A stretch of 64,000 nucleotides of DNA, taken from the human T2T-CHM13v2.0 reference genome, Homo sapiens. Positions within the stretch are counted from its first letter, which is position 1. Each line of letters begins with the position of its first letter. The stretch lies in assembly GCF_009914755.1 (NCBI RefSeq), contig NC_060942.1; one strand, written 5' to 3'. A program made the position numbers and the translations under genes. Of the stretch, positions 51,986-64,000 are shown piece after piece. The notes under the pieces are model-generated. The model saw only the letters and a program-made list of their open reading frames with translations. It did not search any database and was not told where the DNA came from.

Positions 51986-53569
51986 ATTTCAAAAGCGCCT
52001 CTGGGCTCCTCTCACATCAGCTAACTAAAACCCTATGAGGTAGCAGGAAGAGCGGGCTCTTACTAACTCTGCCCTGTCTCTCCCTCTCCCTCTCTCTCTG
52101 ACCCACCACAACAGCTAAAGTTTTCTAGCTTTCTCAATATTTTTGCAAGATATCAGTGCTTCCACAATTTTTCTAACCATTAGTAATTATGCCACATTTT
52201 TTGAATGATTCCATAGCCTCAAAGAGAAGCTCTAGGTTTATATGTCAAATATAATCAAAGAAAAAAAAATCAATACCACCCTGCTACCATCACCTTCCCC
52301 CAGATAAAACCAGAAGTCAGTAACAGAATAGCAAGCAACATCCGTAAACTTACTACACACAGCCCCCCAGGCTGTACGTGGCCTCAGCCTAACACAGTTA
52401 CCTTCTTAGTAGTATTTGCAGAGAGGCTTCGGAAGGAACTGTACGTAGGTCTATGCAGGGTTAAGGGTCCTACAAGGCCCCCAGAGACCAGCACCTGTGG
52501 AAAGCCCCTACTGACCTCAGGGTGGAGGGGGCAAGACAGCAGCTGTCACCAGAAGCAGTGAAAGTTTGGAGCCACGGAAGAGGCCTGCCCGGCAGGAGCT
52601 GATGTACAGATGGGGACAAGGGGCTAAGGCAGGGAGGAGGAAAGTACTCAGAATTCTCCATCTTGTCCCTCAGTCTCCTGCCAGTGGCCTAACCCAACAT
52701 GAAGCCAGAGGGCAAGAGAGCCAGGACACAGCCCACAGAGGTCTCAAAAGACTGGAGAATGATCCACAGGGATGCAGAATCTCCAGCACAAACCAATAGC
52801 CCGTGGAGATCCTGGACTCTGCACCAGCCCAGGGGAGAACAGGGAAGGGGAGCCTGGAGAGGGCCTTCGAGCATTCCTACTTTCCCGTCATTGTCAGCTG
52901 TGAATCCCCCGGGGTTTGGGAGCCAAGTCTGTGTCAACCCGTACTATGACTCCCTGCCTCCTCTCTCTCGCTCCACTGAGGGGAGATGGGTGGAGAAACA
53001 GGGGAGTACTGCCCTGCGGGGGCTTCACCAGCTCACAACCTGAGTACTAAATCCTTTGTCTGGGGCAAATGGTCTCCAGTACATAACACATAAAAACCAA
53101 GACCCAATCACTATGTGACATGGCCAGAAATTTTCCTTTTTAGAAAATCTACATTTTTGCTACCTTGAAGTTAACCCTGAGGAATTTCCCTGGACCCATA
53201 ATTACTTTTGAGAACTTGGCTCCCTTTTCTAAAATTATGTCAAAAGTGTCACAGGTGGCCAATCCCTGAGCAATTACAACGAATAACTACAAAGCTTTAG
53301 GTGTCATTAGCACCTCTTTCCCCCAACAGCCACACGAAGGGGATTGAAGTAACCTGCCCAAAGTGGCCACTGAGCTAATGCCAAACCCTGTGCACTGTTC
53401 CAAAATATGCAGAAAGAAATTTCAAAATTTAACCCAAATGGAAAGTTCTTAAAACTATGGTTTTAGATTATCCAAAACAAAATGGATCTCTCCTCTACCA
53501 ATTAGTTTGAAAGCATGTAATTGTATGGACTGAATCCTCATTGAATGAGTGTTGTTGCTGTTGTTTTGG

Positions 53570-53704
53570 TTTGGCTTGGGTTTTCTTTAAGAGAAGTGGT
53601 CTCACTATGTTGCCCAGGCTGGTCTTGAACTCCTGGCCTCAAACCATCCTCCCGCCTCAGCCTCCCAAATTGCTGGGACTACAGGTTTGAGCCACCATGC
53701 CCTG
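53570..53704 (-). mobile_element. FLAM-type Alu monomer
   Basis: Single left-arm monomer in reverse orientation. Confidence 0.8.
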
Positions 53705-53949
53705 ACATCATCAAATGAGTTTGAGGAGCACCTGGCTTCTGGGTAAGTTCTATCAAGTACTGTGTGACCTGAGGCAATTCTCATTCTCAGTGCTTACTGC
53801 CTATCTCTAAGATGTCTAAATATGGTTCCTCTTCATCCAAACCTGGCAGGGACATATTGGGGTGAATTAGCCAATATTTTCTTCCTGTCTCTTTTAGAGC
53901 TTCTTCTTTCTCAATCCACCTAACTGTGGATTCTACCTAAGGCAATAAT

Positions 53950-54195
53950 ACGGTAGTGTTGAAAAGACACGAGTCTGGAATCAAATGGAAGACCTTCCAC
54001 TGACAAGCTGCTTGAACGTGGGCAAGTTATCTAACCTTGTTATTCTTCAATGCCCCTTGTCAGTAAAGTGTGAACACTAAGAAAGCACGACCTCATACAG
54101 TTTCTGGCTGATAAAATGAGAAATGTGTGCAAAGCCCTTGACATATCATCTGGCACAGAATAACTCCTTGAATGCAGAATGCTATCATTATCACT
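53950..54195 (+). mobile_element. MIR SINE
   Basis: gggcaagttatctaacct...aaatgagaaatgtgtgcaaagc...tggcacag. Confidence 0.65.
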
Positions 54196-55299
54196 ATTAC
54201 AGTCCTCTCATTTTTCATATGTGGTTTTTAAGTGAAATAGGTGACAAAACAAAATTTCTTTGAGCACTTGCTAGAATTATTCTATACCCTTAAAATAATT
54301 CTTTTCTACTCTTGAAAAGCAGAGTTAAAAATAACACATCACTATTATGATCACCATCAAACTTGGTTAACAGTTCTAATCACTGATAAATTTCAAGTTA
54401 CTGAGAGGCAGACTCAAGCTCCATATACTTGATTAGAGCACAATAAATATTTACTAAGGGAATCTTGGAAAAAGGAGGCTTTCAGTTTGGATCATTTGCT
54501 ATGAAAAAAATATAAATTCAGGACAACAAAGTAAACCTGTATGTGAATGCTACCCTAAAAACAGAGAGGTTAAAATATAGACAATTTTATGGTTTATCCA
54601 AACCGCTTGTTTGAGCTCAGGGAACTGATGAGAGCTTACTCACCTCCTACCTTGCAGCCTCCCCCTGAGCACTTCACCCTTAGGCTGTGAGGTACACACG
54701 TACTCAGGAAGCTCCATCCAGGCAGACAGCATGCACCCCTGAATGGCTAGTGCAGCTCTGGGCACACGGAAATGCCCAGTCATCATGTTTGCTTTCATAC
54801 ATGATTGGCTGTGTAGCCAATCAAATTAGAGAATCATGGCCACTCCCCAGGGTACATACCACCAGGTGCATCAGCCAGTGACCTTTCTCTGTTTGGTCCT
54901 CAAGACCATCTGCTGATATCCACAATGATTAAAAAAAAAAAAAAAAAACTTATGATCTGACTGTGGTTGGTGCAAATAAACCATTTCAGGTCTTACCTTT
55001 CTGACCCATCAGAAACAGACAGGCTGTACTCACCCCATCCCTCCCTCCCATCACTACTTTGTGTCAATATTTTAAATCAAACTTTATTTTTTATTTTCAT
55101 TTTTAAAATCAAACTTTAAATCACTGAAGTCCTTCACAAGGGTGTCCACTCTGCATAAACACTGCATCTATACCATATTCCTACCAGTAGTAGGTGTCCA
55201 ATAAGTGCTTATTGAAGAGGGGAGGGAGGACGGAAAAGAGGAGAAAACACTTACCCAAGCGCCTGAGCTGCCCCAGCTTCAGGGGTGAGGCTACAGTGA

Positions 55300-55480
55300 G
55301 ACACTCAGGAACTGTGCCCAGTTTTCTCCGTGCCTTATCTCATCCTTACAACAGCCCTATGGGAGGGTATCTTATTTGCCCATTTTCTACAGATGAGGAA
55401 ATGGAGGTACACTTAAGTTAAGTAACTACCTGAGTATCCCCCACACAGTAAGTTTCAGAGCCAAGGTTTAAACTGAGACA
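55300..55480 (-). mobile_element. MIR SINE
   Basis: ccttacaacagccctatg...cccattttctacagatgaggaaatggagg. Confidence 0.7.
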
Positions 55481-56444
55481 ATATAATCCAGACTGTCTGG
55501 ACACCCAAATTCACCCAGGGCAATCTTAAAAGAGCCAAGCATTAATATTTCCATTTATAGTTGAGAAAATTAAACTCAATTGCTGAAATAACCACTAAGA
55601 AGTTACATGGCACTAGAGCCTCTACTTGGTCAATACCATAGGATACTAGAAAATAACAACCCCTATCTGTTCTTATACAGCAGTACATGAATATAATAAA
55701 CTTATTCTACAGGCTTTCTATCATCTTTCTAACCTCAACCTAGAAGTCTCATTGAAAATATAACGACATCTGCACAGTACCTTGTGGCTCATTAAAATAA
55801 TTTTATCTATAATATCCTCCCTATGACATATATGAGGCAAATGACGTCACCTACTGTCAAAGGCCAGGGTGCTCTCAGTGACAGGCAGCTCAGAGCCAGC
55901 CAGGGGGCACATGTGCTCTCAAAACACCCAGGAATATGACGAGGCCAGCAGCAATGGCAATTTTCAAAAACCGTGGCTTCTGGAAACAGTGGTTCCAAAG
56001 GAAAACATTCCAATATGATTATTTCTCCTCCAAACTGGAAACATAAGGACATAAGACAGAAGTAAAAACAATATTCCTCAAGTCTCAAGGGACTTTCCCA
56101 TTTGAGGAAAAGGCCTAGACATCTTCCTTTTCTCCCCTCACTACTGCTTTTTTAAAAACCTCTGGGCAACAAGAGGAGAAAAATGTTGGCTGATTGAAAA
56201 TGTGTTTGCCACCAGGACATACCAATCTGTGGTGCTGAACATACTCAAGAGTGTTGGGTAATAAATACTTTTGTATTTCCTGCCACAATTACAGCATCGC
56301 TCATACACTGATCTGTGTATATCATTGAAAGATGTAAGACAGAGTCCTCAACAGACCACCCACTTCTCTCAAAACTCAAAAGAACATCTAGATTGTCAGT
56401 CTTCAAAGAGAAACTGATTTATAATCTTATTCAGCAAACACAAT

Positions 56445-56627
56445 ACCTCTGCAGTGAGTCTCACCTTAGCTGCAAACTTCCATCACCTGGAGAGATTTAA
56501 AAAATTCCAGTGCTGTGGTTTGGCTTCCTGAGGTTCTGATTCAATTGTCTTGGGGGTGCTGCCTGGACATCAGGACTTTTAAAAGCTCTCCAGGTGACTC
56601 ACTGAGCATACAAGGTTGAGACTCACA
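56445..56627. mobile_element. MER5A-like DNA element
   Basis: catcacctggagagatttaaaaaat...tttaaaagctctccaggtgactc...aggttgagactcac. Confidence 0.7.
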
Positions 56628-56952
56628 GCTACAGAACATAAGGCACACACCTGCCTGCTCCCCTAAAAAGTGCCTCACAGGTACTAATGGCCACGAATAA
56701 TTTCACAATGAAGAAGTATTCAATAACATGGATTTAACATTTTCAGACACAATCTGTTCACTGCCTAATTAAGAAGCCCTTTTTATTGTTCTCCTGGTCT
56801 TCCTGACTTATTCTAATCACAACCTGGAAACCTAGATGAATATAAAAAGATCCATTTAAAAAGTGGTAACATCTATGTAGCACTTTGAAATTGTATAAAT
56901 ATGTAAGATACAATGTCACATTTAACTACTACAAGAACTGGGATAGGCAAGT

Positions 56953-57740
56953 TTATTAGTTTCCTACTGCCACTGTAACAAATTACCACAAACTTAGCAG
57001 CTTAAAGCAACATGAATTGATTATCTTATAGGTCTGGAGCCCAGATGTCTGAATTGGTCTCCTCATGCTAAAGCGAAGGTGTTGGCAGAGCTGTTTCTTT
57101 CTGGGGGCTCTAACGGGAGAATCTGGTTCCTTGCCCTTTTTTTTTTTTTTTTTTTGGAGACAGGTTACCCAGGCTGGAGTGTAATGGCACACGATCACAG
57201 CTCACTGCAACCTCTGCCTCCCAGGTTCAAGCAATTCTCCTGCCTCAGCCTCCTGAGTAGCTGAGACTACAGGCACATGCCACCAGGCCCAGCTAATTTT
57301 TTTGTATTTTTAGTAGAGATGGGGTTTCACCATGTTGGCCAGACTGGTCTTGAACTCCTGACCTCAGGTGATCTGCCAGCCTTGGCCTCCCAAAGTGCCG
57401 GGATTACAGGCTGAGCCATCGCACCTCACCGGTTCCTTACCTTTTTTAGCTGCCAGTGGCTGCCTGCATTCCCCAGCTCATGAGCCCTTTCCTCACATTA
57501 CTGTTGTTCTGTCACTATATCTCCTACCACTAACTTTGACTATTCTACCTCTTTTTCATAAAAACCCCTGTGATTACATTGGGCTCAACCAGATATTTCA
57601 GGATACACTCACCATTTCAACATCCTTAACCTAATCACTTCCTTGAAGTCCCTTTTGCCATGTAGGTAACATATTCACAAGTTCCAAGGATGAGGTTCCA
57701 AGGATGAGGACAAGGACTTCTCTGGGGTCCATTATTCACC
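56953..57740 (-). mobile_element. MaLR LTR (MLT1B/C/D-like), sense to RNF152, split by Alu
   Basis: tattagtttcctactgccactgtaacaaattaccacaaacttagcagcttaaa...tgattacattgggc...aagtcccttttgccatgta. Confidence 0.82.
57137..57430 (-). mobile_element. Alu (AluS-like) with TSD ggttccttRcc
   Basis: Direct repeats at 57125-57135 and 57431-57441. Confidence 0.92.
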
Positions 57741-59182
57741 ACAGAGTAAGGCAAACATCGCCACCCCTGTTGTGCCCATCCTCCCTGCCCACCTGCCCAT
57801 TTTTCAACTGAGAAAACTCAGGCTCAAGGTTGCCTGAGGTCCAGGGTTGACTTGCCCAGGTCCACACCTGGAAATGAGCCAAGCTGATACCTAATCTTAC
57901 AACTCCAAGCCCCACGTTCTTTCTGCCACTGCTTATTGACTCCCCGTGACAAGGTGATGTTTGCAATATTTTTTTCTTTTCCAAGCTTCCACTATACAGT
58001 TAACAAGAAGTGTTTTTCCTTTCACTCAGTTATCTCTGCTTCTCAGCCAATGCACAGCAAATGGAAACTAACCAAGCCTTTCCCTAAGGTTCAAAGGAAC
58101 CAGAAAGCCCACCAAGGCAGGAATTCATTATACAGACTACAATGTCACAACCATCTAAGAGACTGGTCATGTAAGAAAGTATATGGGGGAAAAAAGCAAG
58201 CTCTCAGTTTTGAGAGTGCAAAATAATCTGAATTTGCTAAGACATACACACAGCAACAGCCTTAAAGGAAACGCACAATAGGTAACACCGGTGTCTTCCA
58301 TGTTCAACACAATCTATTCAAAATTACACAGGAAACCATCCTCTCAATGATTTTCCATAGTTTCTTCCCCTCTTCCTCTTTCTCAACTGAGCGAATTAAA
58401 GAGGGCTGGGAGGTGGTATTTGGAGCCTCAATTAGTCATCTTTTGAACGAGGTATTATTTAAGCTGGGGTAATCAGAAGGTAGTGACTACAATTTTCAGT
58501 TTTCTACTATGATGGTCATACTGCTATTGGTAACCTGGAATTTCCTCTCTCTCTCCTTTCACTAGCACATCAGGGAGAAAAGAACCCAGTGCTGAATCAT
58601 GGCCACTTCAACAATGAGAGAAGTAAACAAGCCAAGCAAAGCTCGCTGCCAAGCTTATATTTCGCCTATGTCTGTGTTCAACCTGACGTGAAAATAGCAG
58701 GCGGAAAAAAATCAATGTCACATCAAAATGCAACTGGTATAATAGCAGCAAGTTACATGATTTTCCTGAACTACAGATAACTCACAGACTGTCTCAAATG
58801 CTACAAAATACCAGCAATAGGGCTTTTAAAGGTCATGTGGAAGAATTCAAACAACCTAAATATTATATTTTAAATAAGCTAATGGTGGTGGGGAGAGGGA
58901 ACTGCTGGCTTGTGTTCATGCCAAAGCTGTGCTCTGAAGCTATTATCTTACACAATTATAACCAGTGGGAAGAAGGATTTGAAGGACAGCAAGATTCCCC
59001 AGTATCTAAGAAAGAGTCAATTGTGGTCACTAATTCAGAAAAGTAAAACAATGCATTTTGTAAAGCTTTTCAATAAGGATGTCATTGTAAGAGAATTCTG
59101 GTTTACCAGGAGTCAACCTTAAAAGTTTAATAAAATCAGGAAGTTCTGGTTCATGTAATTCATTATTTTGATGATATCATAG

Positions 59183-59721
59183 TGATGGCAGAAGCGGCCT
59201 GTTTGGAGCAGCCACTGCAGGGACGCCAGCTGTAGTGGGGGAGGCGCAGCCAGGACTGTGCGTTCCATAGCCCTTACCTAGGGGCTCCTCGAGCCAGGGC
59301 TGTGACACCCCCTTTGGGGCTCTGCAATTCCTCGCATCTCCAACTTTCTGGGTGCCACCGTGTTCTCATCCAGATGTGGATGCCCGCAGTAGAAGCCACG
59401 TGCAGTGCATCTGGTGCAGCTGCAGCTTCGCATGGAGCCAGCACCTGTGCCAGCGCCTGGAGCTGCCTGCCCCGCTGCAGCCCCTGGTGTGCCTGGCTGT
59501 GCACAGTGGCTGGACCCCACACTCGCTCACCACACAATCTCATCACTCCACGTCTGGCTCGCCCTTGGCAGGTGTGGAATCTGGGCTGGTAGCATGAACT
59601 GAGCGCAGCTAGCCAGGCCAAGTGGACAGAATGAGCCCAGCAGGTACGAGCAATACCCAGGCAGAAGGTGCCATTGGCCACAGAGGTTTCCGGCTGGTGA
59701 CTCCCAGAGGATCCCGTGACA
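59183..59721 (-). mobile_element. MER52-like ERV1 LTR (short, probably internally deleted)
   Basis: tgatggcag...gccagggctgtgacaccc...ggatcccgtgaca; GC-rich; 4-bp TSD atag/aaag. Confidence 0.8.
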
Positions 59722-61049
59722 AAAGCCTCAAAAATAAACTGAGTAAACTGAAAGAGAGTACACCTGCTAAGTATTCACTACTCCACATACTTTAATCTGA
59801 CCACGCCATGTTTCCCTACAACCAGGTACTTAAAGAACTCTGTGTTCTAGTCCTGACTCTGACACTAACTCACTATCCTAGTCACATGAGTTCTCTGGGT
59901 GTCAGGGTTCTCATCTGCAAGGGGAGAGGGCTGGATGAGATGACCTTCCAAGTTCTTTTCCAATTCTGACTCTAAAAGCTTCTAAAAGCTCCATTAACAA
60001 AATTCACTGGCTGATTTCTATCTGAAATGAGATTCTAATTGAGTTGGTGAGTAAAGCGATGACAATGAAGCCAATGTCAAAGACTCTTGAAAACTAAATG
60101 CTGGAGGACAAACATAAGCTGGAAAATGACACGGGGAAATACACGATGGGTTCCTGTCCTGGGAACACTACAAGGCTGGGGGTCCCAAGAGTTAATTTTA
60201 AAGATGCCTGTTGGGAACTCATCTGCCACAGCGCCTACTTCTTTCATGGCAGCTCTAGCACTCAGCACTAGCCCTGAGTACAGGCACAGAAAGGAAGGGA
60301 GGGGATGGGAAGACAGTCTTGAGATGCAAATCCCATATAAAGGGTCATAGCTAGGACCCTTCTAGCCACCAAGGACCCAGCATCACCTTCCAGGTCACTC
60401 AGATCCAAGGATGGCTATTCCTGGGAGTTGATAACTGGAGTGTTTAGATTTGATACCCCTTCTTTCTGCTGTCCTTACTCATTCCACATCCTTACTAGAG
60501 GTGAGGGGTTGGGGGAGGGGTGGTCGAGCAATCTTTTGTACTTTTGAGGGTCTGCAAACTTAGGCACAGAAAATGAAAAGTGGATTCACAGAGCTGCTGA
60601 CATCTCTGGGGATTCAGTTCCCCGAACAGCTAGCTCCATGTAACAAATGTGCTCACTGAAGTGGGAGAGCCCAGGAAAAAAGCGACAGGAAAATTGAGGA
60701 CTAGCTATAAAGCTCATCTTCAAAAAGCCATAATTATCACAATAGTGTCACCTAAGCGTTATTTACAAGCATCTGTACACACAATCCCTCCTCTTCTAAT
60801 AGCCCTCATTTAGATACAGAGCTATTACCCAGGGCAACATTTTAAATTAATTAAGTAGTAAAACAAGGAGAAACCAGCATTATTCAGTCAAAACTCTAGA
60901 GTGAATATAATTAAAATACAGGCAGGGGAACAGGCATAAAAGACACAGAATCTCACTTTTTACTTTGTGCTGATAATTCCTACCCTGACTTGCATTATAC
61001 GTCAGGGTTCAAGCTCTGTCTCCATTATCCCCAACACTGTAACAGGGAG

Positions 61050-61180
61050 AAAGTGCAGACACTTTTCTATTTTGCAGATGAGAAAACTGAGACTTAAGGA
61101 AATTAAATGATTTGTCCAAAGTCAATTCATGTCAAAAGCCCAGATCTTCAACGCCTGCTCTGGAAACCACACACTATGTC
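61050..61180 (-). mobile_element. MIR fragment
   Basis: attttgcagatgagaaaactgagacttaagg...aaatgatttgtccaaagtca. Confidence 0.7.
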
Positions 61181-61534
61181 CACATGATTTTATTTTCATG
61201 GTGAAACTGAAACAATTTTTATACTAAAAGCTATCAAATATTTTGCCTTGGAACTGCTTTAGAACCTTTAGGGCCTCAGAATAGTCTAGTTTGAATCCTG
61301 GCAGAATGAAGCAAATTTTCAAAAGCCATAAAAATGGCTTTTTCTCTTCAAACAGCAACAGGCAAGAGAATGTTCCCCACAATCTGTTGTTATTGCTATA
61401 ATTTTTCTTCAAACCTACTGTTACTTCCTTTAAATGACCACATCTTCCATCTCATCGCCATGTTCTGACGATACAGGGACACAAAAGTAGCAGATAACAC
61501 AAGTTCCATATCCTCCAGGGACTCACCAGTCATT

Positions 61535-61562
61535 AAACAAACAAACAAACAAACAAACAAAC
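61535..61562. repeat. (AAAC)7 microsatellite
   Basis: Directly visible. Confidence 0.95.
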
Positions 61563-62112
61563 AAAAACTGTGGGCTTTTGGTCATTCTAGTTTTGGATAA
61601 TAGCCTATCACAAAACATCTTTCAGCCTCAGTCCTGTTAATCAATAGTCATTTAAAGTAAATTTGTCATTGGCGTGTATAAACATCTACATTCAAGAGCA
61701 TTTTCCAAAATAACACATTTGCCTTGTGATTATATAAATAATCAGACAACTAAAACAATAACAACAGGAGCAAAAAACAACTCTAGTCAATCTGAGGTAG
61801 TGGGGATGGGTTTAGCTTTACGTTTGGGTCTCCTCTGCTATAATCTATTAAAATAAATGAAGCAGAGCCACCCCAGCAGGGGCTGAAAAAGACAATTGTC
61901 TGTCCTTCTGAAATCTCCCTCTGCAGCCACATGCAAACCCTCTACCCCAATTTCCAGGACCAGCCCTAAACTTAGTAGAGACATTTAGGTAGTTTGGTAT
62001 AACTCTCTGGGACTCCACCCAGGTCCCACTGACTGTGGGCTCGGCTGTGACCTCCTGCCCAGAGCTCTGTGACATTGAGTGCTTTCTTGATTCCTTAGCT
62101 CTTTGAATCTGA

Positions 62113-62320
62113 CACTTGTTAGATTCCTGCCAGCCCCTCCCTCCCCCAAGCCCTCTGGAACTATCTCCCCTGGAACCATATACCCTAGGATGAGGAATCT
62201 GTCCCTGAGATCCAGCCACTTGTTAGATTCCTGCCAGCCCTTCCCTCCCCCAAGCTCTCTGGACCTATCTCCCCTGCAACCGTATACCCTAGGATGAGGA
62301 ATCTGCCCCTAAGATCCAGC
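62113..62320. repeat. Two-copy 104-bp tandem duplication
   Basis: 62113-62216 vs 62217-62320: 7 substitutions, no indels. Confidence 0.95.
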
Positions 62321-63384
62321 CACCTCTAGAAATATTTCCCCCGATACCTTCTCCCTAGACTTCACATTCCAACCTATCACCCTGAAGGATGCCCTGGGCC
62401 CCAACTCTACTGCAGCCCCTCCACTTCCCCCAGTGGTCGACTTCCACTCAGGGTTCCCACCAAGCCAGTCCGCAGTACTCATTCCTAGGTCTGGCCTTGT
62501 TCTTACTGAAATCCTGCATCCTAGCCTAAAACTTCTATATTCCATGGAGAAGAAGCTGGAGAGTGGCCATCCCCATCATCACCCCTGGCTATTTACTTGA
62601 GGTCTGCCAGCAGTTTGCATTCAGCAACCTATTAATTGCCTTGCAGACATCATGATGCAGCAAATTTCACTATTTTCACAAAAACAGAGATCCCGTTTTA
62701 ATAGGAGATGTGCTTAAGTTTGGTCAGCAAGCCTGAGACAAAACAAAAACTAAATTTGGGGTCCCCTGGCTTTGTTCTTACTGTATAAATCATATTTGGG
62801 GAAACTCCATGTTTCTTACGCGCCGGGTGATGTCAATATCCAATTACAGGAGGGTGAAGGAGGCCCTTTCTAACCCACATGGGCCCATCTGATGTCCCTC
62901 AGCCACGACCCTGTATTATAGACGAGGGCTGGTGGCTCCTACAAGTCATCACCACCATTCAGATGCCACTATGCACTTGTTCCACCTCGCAGACTGGGAC
63001 AAGTATGTACTTGCTCAAATTCCCACCTCAGTACTTCTGACCAAACCAATTGTTTCAAATAAAACTGGAAGGACTTTTGTCCTTCCCACGGGTACCATCA
63101 AAGCCCCTCAGTTTCAGGCTTAGTTGACTGAAGTGAAACAGGCAACAGAGCGTGAGAGGGCTGTTGTGGCGCAAATTCAAACTTGACGTGCTTCAGAAAC
63201 GTCGCATCAGTTTCACACACTGTTCCCAGGGCTCCCAACACATGCGTCAGAGACATAATTGCAAGGCTAAGGGTTCCGGAGAGTCAGGGAGCTGCATTCC
63301 CATGCAGAGCAGGAGATGCTGCCCTTGAAGAAGGGCCTGGAAGCTGCAGAGAAAAGGAGCATCACCCACCTGTGTGGGGCAGGG

Positions 63385-64000
63385 GAATGGGTTGAGTTGT
63401 GTCTCCCAAAAAGATAGTTTGAAATCCTGACACCTAGGCCGGGCACGGTGGCTCATGCCTGCAATCCTAGCAGTTTGGGAGGCCGAGGCGGGCAGATCAC
63501 TTGAAGTCAGGAGTTCAAGACCAGACTGGCCAACATGGCGAAATCCCATCTCTACTAAAAGTACAAAAATTAGCCAGGCGTGGTGGCAGGCGCCTGTAAT
63601 CCCAGCTACTTAGGAGGCTGAGGCAGAAGAATGGCTTGAATCCAGGAGGTGGAGGTTGCAGTGAGCCGAGATTACACTATTGCACTCCAGCCTGGACAAC
63701 AGAGACTCCACCTCAAAGAAAAAAGAAAAGAAAAGAAAAGAAAAGAAATCCTGACCCCTAGTATCTCAGAATGTAGCCTTATTTGGAAAACGGGTCACTG
63801 CAGATGTCATTAGTTAAGATGAGGTTATATTGGAGCAGGGTGGGCCCTTAATCCAACATGACTAGTGTCCTTTAATACAGAAAAGACTCAGAAAAGACTC
63901 ACAAGGAGAGACAGCCATGTGATGACAGGAGCCAAAAGCCAGGAATGCCAAGGACTGCCGACAGCACGAGAAGCTGGGGAAGGGAGGAAGGGTTCTCCCC
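63385..64000 (+). mobile_element. MaLR LTR (MLT1B/C-like) split by Alu; runs off the window
   Basis: gggttgagttgtgtctcccaaaaga...ccttatttggaaaa...agttaagatgagg...gccaggaatgccaaggactgc. Confidence 0.8.
63437..63744 (+). mobile_element. Alu (AluSx-like) with 16-bp TSD
   Basis: gaaatcctgacaccta (63421-63436) / gaaatcctgaccccta (63745-63760). Confidence 0.94.

Noticed and set aside
59274-59681. Cluster of overlapping GC-rich ORFs resembling an exon or CpG island
   Set aside because: Entirely inside a MER52-like LTR.

Overview
Primate, almost certainly human, genomic DNA covering the 3' part of the RNF152 locus on the minus strand. The whole 203-aa RNF152 CDS (RING finger plus C-terminal transmembrane helix, a lysosomal E3 ligase) lies in one terminal exon at 19693-20304. 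That exon starts at a splice acceptor at 20439 and probably extends through a ~7.8 kb 3' UTR to an ATTAAA signal at 11930-11935. Everything right of 20440 reads as one long upstream intron; no first exon or CpG-island promoter is visible. The rest is ordinary mammalian interspersed repeat (Alu, MIR, L1, L2, MaLR/ERV LTRs, hAT and Tigger elements) and microsatellites. All other ORFs in the track look like repeat-derived or chance frames. I found no convincing new multi-gene system. The best leads are: (1) a tiny human-specific L1HS-Ta insertion with a 14-bp target-site duplication (TSD); (2) a perfect 19-bp hairpin in the 3' UTR; (3) nested uORF and overlapping uORF in the 5' UTR; (4) sense-oriented MaLR LTRs with perfect DUX4 motifs, plus a double-CCAAT/splice-donor module, either of which could supply an alternative first exon; (5) a tail-less AluY at an apparent deletion; (6) a perfect ERE core. 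Repeat subfamily names and boundaries were assigned by eye and need RepeatMasker/Dfam confirmation.
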